A stretch of 64,000 nt of DNA, from positions 55,560 to 119,559 of the IMG/VR virus record IMGVR_UViG_3300003177_000005, one strand, 5' to 3'. The position numbers and the translations under genes are program-made. The DNA is from a virus. Shown here piece after piece: positions 60,557 through 64,000 of this stretch. The notes beneath the pieces are model-generated. The model saw only the letters and a list, made by a program, of their open reading frames with translations. It made no database searches and had not been told where the DNA came from. Each line of letters begins with the position of its first letter. The first letter of the stretch is position 1.

Positions 60557-62258
60557 TAAAGAAAATCCAAAAGAGATAGCTGATTTAGAATCGGCTATGG
60601 AAAGTTATCAGAATTTTAGAAAAATGTTAACAGAGGTCGAAGAGTATAGAGAAAAAAATATTAGTACATTAGACATATCTGAGGTTGATTTAGAAGAAGT
60701 TATCAGTAAACGAAAAGGTATCTTTGATATAGTTAAGAAATATGAAATGGTTAATGTTTTAGATTTAGAAGAACAAGATTTATATACTGACCTAGAATCC
60801 AATTTCTTCTCTAAGGTGATTAATGGTATTCGTAAACTATTTAAAGCGATATTTAAGGCATTTAGCAACCTCTTTCGATGGGTTTTCAGTTCATCAAGTC
60901 CTAGAGATAGTAAAGGGAACCCAATAACAGTTGAAACTATTGAAAAAAGAGGTAAGGAAATAATAGATGGTGCATTATTAACACATAGAAAGAAACTTGT
61001 TAATTATTTAGTATTAGAGAAGCGATTTTACGAGTATATAGATATTAGTGAGATATATAGAAGGTTTTCAGGAATATTTATAGAGAATAAAAATGGTTAT
61101 CACGAAATAAATGGTACAATCATTGGCGATGACCTATATGATAACTATATAAATCTTATAGGGTTAGTAGAGGATCTATATACAACATATCCAAAGTTAG
61201 TTAAAGATAAATTAACAAATGTTAAGTCTTACGATGATGAACTTAGACAAATATTGTTAGTTAATTTTAAAATAGGTGCTACAGGTATGTATAATATGGC
61301 ATCTCTAGATGAGATTATTAAAGAAAATCCAAATATAGCTAATACTGTTTATTTCGATAGAAGAGTTGTTATTAATAAACACTACTTACAAGCTATAGCT
61401 GCCCTACACGATATTGTTATTAGAAACTTCACAATTAAAATAAAAGAAGAAGGTGTTCACGGGACATTATTGTATCTAAGATTATTAGGTTTGTATAAGG
61501 AATTTAGAGAGAGTGTAAATTCAGTAACAAAATGTGGTAAAGGTTTTACTGGTAGCTTACTAACGATAGGTGCACCTCTTTTTGGTAATCCATATGGGTC
61601 AATAGGTAAATTTATAGTAGGGTATAAAGATTCTGAAATTATTGTTGGTGGTATATTTCCAGATGAACCAAAAAACCAAACTGGTAGTGTTAGATATGGA
61701 CAGGAACAACCTAAAGCTGTTGGGGCATGGAAATATACAACTTGTAAAGATAACATTAAGTATAATATATTACCACCAACTAGAGTAAGAGAAAACGATA
61801 TGTTAAGTCTAAAGATTAATTCTACAGTACTAGACGACCTTATTTTTGACTTTAAAAATAGTGTACACATGAGAGACAGTAAACTAGAAGAACTATTAAA
61901 AACAATACAAGATAGAGAAGAGAACTATCAAGAATTTTTATTAGAAATGACAGAAGGTATAAAAAAGAGAAATCATTATCTATACACTAGATTAAAAGAG
62001 TTAGCCCCTAATTTACCTGATGAAGGACTTAGATATGTAACGGGAAAAGAAACATTAGATATATTAGAACATAATGTTGATAATGTAATGTTCCCATTAC
62101 TAATTCTTTTAAAAGATGCTGTAGTTACTATTAAACGACATAGAGAAAATGTTTTATGGTTTGTTAATGAACTTTTAGATGGAATTGAAAGAGCTAAAGC
62201 TGATGGATTCTTTGATAGAATGGATCCAGATAAGAATAATGAACATTGGGAGCGTTAG
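60549..62258 (+). CDS. Internal head protein, paralog family
   Basis: Four DLE, then FFSKVINGIRKLFKAIFKAFSNLFRWVF; likely start ATG 60549. Confidence 0.65.
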   Translation: MYNKENPKEIADLESAMESYQNFRKMLTEVEEYREKNISTLDISEVDLEEVISKRKGIFDIVKKYEMVNVLDLEEQDLYTDLESNFFSKVINGIRKLFKAIFKAFSNLFRWVFSSSSPRDSKGNPITVETIEKRGKEIIDGALLTHRKKLVNYLVLEKRFYEYIDISEIYRRFSGIFIENKNGYHEINGTIIGDDLYDNYINLIGLVEDLYTTYPKLVKDKLTNVKSYDDELRQILLVNFKIGATGMYNMASLDEIIKENPNIANTVYFDRRVVINKHYLQAIAALHDIVIRNFTIKIKEEGVHGTLLYLRLLGLYKEFRESVNSVTKCGKGFTGSLLTIGAPLFGNPYGSIGKFIVGYKDSEIIVGGIFPDEPKNQTGSVRYGQEQPKAVGAWKYTTCKDNIKYNILPPTRVRENDMLSLKINSTVLDDLIFDFKNSVHMRDSKLEELLKTIQDREENYQEFLLEMTEGIKKRNHYLYTRLKELAPNLPDEGLRYVTGKETLDILEHNVDNVMFPLLILLKDAVVTIKRHRENVLWFVNELLDGIERAKADGFFDRMDPDKNNEHWER

Positions 62259-63584
62259 ATGGCAAATTTAAGATATAAGGTAGAGGGACTAGATGAAACT
62301 CTAGTCTACCCTCTCGTCTATGCTATAACTGAAGATTTAAAAGAGATAATGCAAATGTCCCCAGATGCTAATATCAATACTACAGACTTTTTAGAAAACA
62401 GTACTTGGACAGTTGGAGATACATCGGATTTAAAGATTAAAGGTGAGAAAAGATTTCATATTAATGTTTCATTTACAGATGAATCTATGAATAATATAAC
62501 ACCCTTATCTGGTACTAATAATAACAACAGACCTATAGTTTATGATAAAGAAGAAGGTCTTTATTTTAAACCGTTAACTATAACTAATAAATTAACATTA
62601 AACTTTAAGGTATATGATAAAGATGGTACTGATGTTAGTAATATAGTTAATATGTTTGATTTATTAAAAGGTGCAGGTAGGGATAAGTTTTTACATCAGA
62701 TTAAGACTGATTATAGCATTCCTAATTTTTTACTTTATCTCTTAGAAAATATTTATACCCTAAAGGCAGAATATATTAAACCAGAGATAAACTCTTTTAA
62801 AGAGTACCTTGAAACCATATCAGATAAAGAAACTTATATAGCTGAAAGAGTAACCGATAATGCTAGTTTAAATATTTTAGCTCGTATGGAGCAAAGAGAT
62901 ATAGTTGGTTATTTTGGTGATAACATAACTGAAAAAGAAAAAGAACAAGATGAAAAGACTAAAAATATTGATTGGTCATATGTTGTTTATTACAGTAAAC
63001 CTATCTTTATAGATGTCAGTTATCCTATTATGGTTTGTAATAACTTTGTCGAAACAGAGTTTATAGAAAATATAGGTGTGTCTTATAAAGAAGTTTTAGA
63101 ATATTATAAGAAGGTACTATATAATCAAAATTATCTTTTATCAAAACGAGCTTATAAATTAGACGATCTTCCAATTCCAACATCCAACTTAGGTTATCTA
63201 ACAATACCTAGTGTTGATGATAAGAAATTGCTAATTAGTTCTGTTAATGTTAATCCTATACTTAGAGTATTAGTTGCTATTAATAAGGAAGATAAACGCT
63301 CTCTCTTTAATTTAACAGAATTGATGGAAGTAGAATTAGAACCAGATATTATTGAGTATTTAAGAAGGAATTATACTAATCTAACAAGTTATTCTAAATC
63401 ATTATTTTATTTAACAATTTATGAAAATAATCGAAGACTTCCTGATGATACAATAATGGTTGATAGCGAGTTAAATGTTATAGCTACTCGGGATTTGGAT
63501 ATGTGTAAAACCTATAGGGTATTCTTTAATATTATAAGTAATATTGAGGTATTGGATTATGATGTTCAAGCAGATTTATTATAG
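62259..63584 (+). CDS. Virion structural protein (positional phiKZ gp98 equivalent)
   Basis: YSKP..VSYPIMVCN and YRV motifs; the C-terminus may extend to ~63714 if homopolymer errors are corrected. Confidence 0.6.
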   Translation: MANLRYKVEGLDETLVYPLVYAITEDLKEIMQMSPDANINTTDFLENSTWTVGDTSDLKIKGEKRFHINVSFTDESMNNITPLSGTNNNNRPIVYDKEEGLYFKPLTITNKLTLNFKVYDKDGTDVSNIVNMFDLLKGAGRDKFLHQIKTDYSIPNFLLYLLENIYTLKAEYIKPEINSFKEYLETISDKETYIAERVTDNASLNILARMEQRDIVGYFGDNITEKEKEQDEKTKNIDWSYVVYYSKPIFIDVSYPIMVCNNFVETEFIENIGVSYKEVLEYYKKVLYNQNYLLSKRAYKLDDLPIPTSNLGYLTIPSVDDKKLLISSVNVNPILRVLVAINKEDKRSLFNLTELMEVELEPDIIEYLRRNYTNLTSYSKSLFYLTIYENNRRLPDDTIMVDSELNVIATRDLDMCKTYRVFFNIISNIEVLDYDVQADLL

Positions 63585-63717
63585 AAAGTCTTATAACAAT
63601 ATTTAATCCGTTAGAATCAGCAAATGTTGATTTTACAAAGATAGAAAATAAACAATTAAAATAGAAACTGTTAATTTAAAGATCTTCCCAGGTGTAGTAA
63701 AATTTCAGGAGTAAATT

Positions 63718-64000
63718 ATGGCTATAGCGAGTTTTAGAAAAAAGAAAAAACCTAAGATAGTGGAGAAAGTAAGAGAAGACTCATATGATGTTGCCATTAA
63801 AGATACCAGACGAGATATACCAGTAATTAATGTTATCTCTGGTAAGAAATGGCCTGTTAATTATTATAACCAATATCGTAGTAGAGATGTTATAGGTTCT
63901 CAAACACTTAATGGACCTTCTTTTATAACACAGTTCTCTAAAATAAAAGATTTAGTTATCTATACTGATGATGGTATAAGTGGAACTAATCCTGATGAAT
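63718..64000 (+). CDS. Virion structural protein, 5' part (positional phiKZ gp99 equivalent), truncated by the window
   Basis: AGGAG RBS; MAIASF..ISGKKWPVNYYNQ; open to the window end. Confidence 0.55.
   Translation, partial: MAIASFRKKKKPKIVEKVREDSYDVAIKDTRRDIPVINVISGKKWPVNYYNQYRSRDVIGSQTLNGPSFITQFSKIKDLVIYTDDGISGTNPDE

Noticed and set aside
671-61870. Short opposite-strand ORFs nested in larger genes (e.g. 671..886, 8507..8815, 35713..36024, 56432..56896, 51591..52466, 61457..61870)
   Set aside because: Shadow ORFs of real genes, without RBS and with Phe/Leu/Ser-rich antisense composition
63570-63714. Programmed recoding at the end of the gp98-like gene
   Set aside because: Two single-base homopolymer corrections restore a continuous tail; more likely sequencing error, and a caution for other frameshift calls

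Overview
AT-rich 64-kb segment of a phiKZ-like, probably nucleus-forming, jumbo phage (Chimalliviridae-like). Bases 1-28,100 are a + strand accessory/early region of mostly small unknown ORFs. It is punctuated by a repeated TATATT-type promoter followed by a 5' hairpin, has several frameshifted genes, and contains a ~400-nt GC-rich structured non-coding element followed by an AT-rich AGATCT repeat array (16.8-17.6 kb). Bases 26.7-32.3 kb carry a dimeric dUTPase, an HNH endonuclease and a class Ia RNR alpha subunit with a 156-aa mini-intein; the dUTPase and NrdA look Campylobacterota-like. Bases 32.4-64 kb are the conserved phiKZ-like core: candidate chimallin, non-virion and virion RNAP beta' pieces, a split family-B DNA polymerase subunit, baseplate-type genes and a run of internal head proteins with repeated D-x-E motifs. 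The best leads are the structured RNA plus repeat array, a canonical -1 frameshift site at 40338-40347, the covarying promoter hairpin, an apparent D-x-E head-protease motif and the inferred host. phiKZ gene equivalences come from remembered synteny and motifs, not from searches. Some frameshifts may be sequencing errors.
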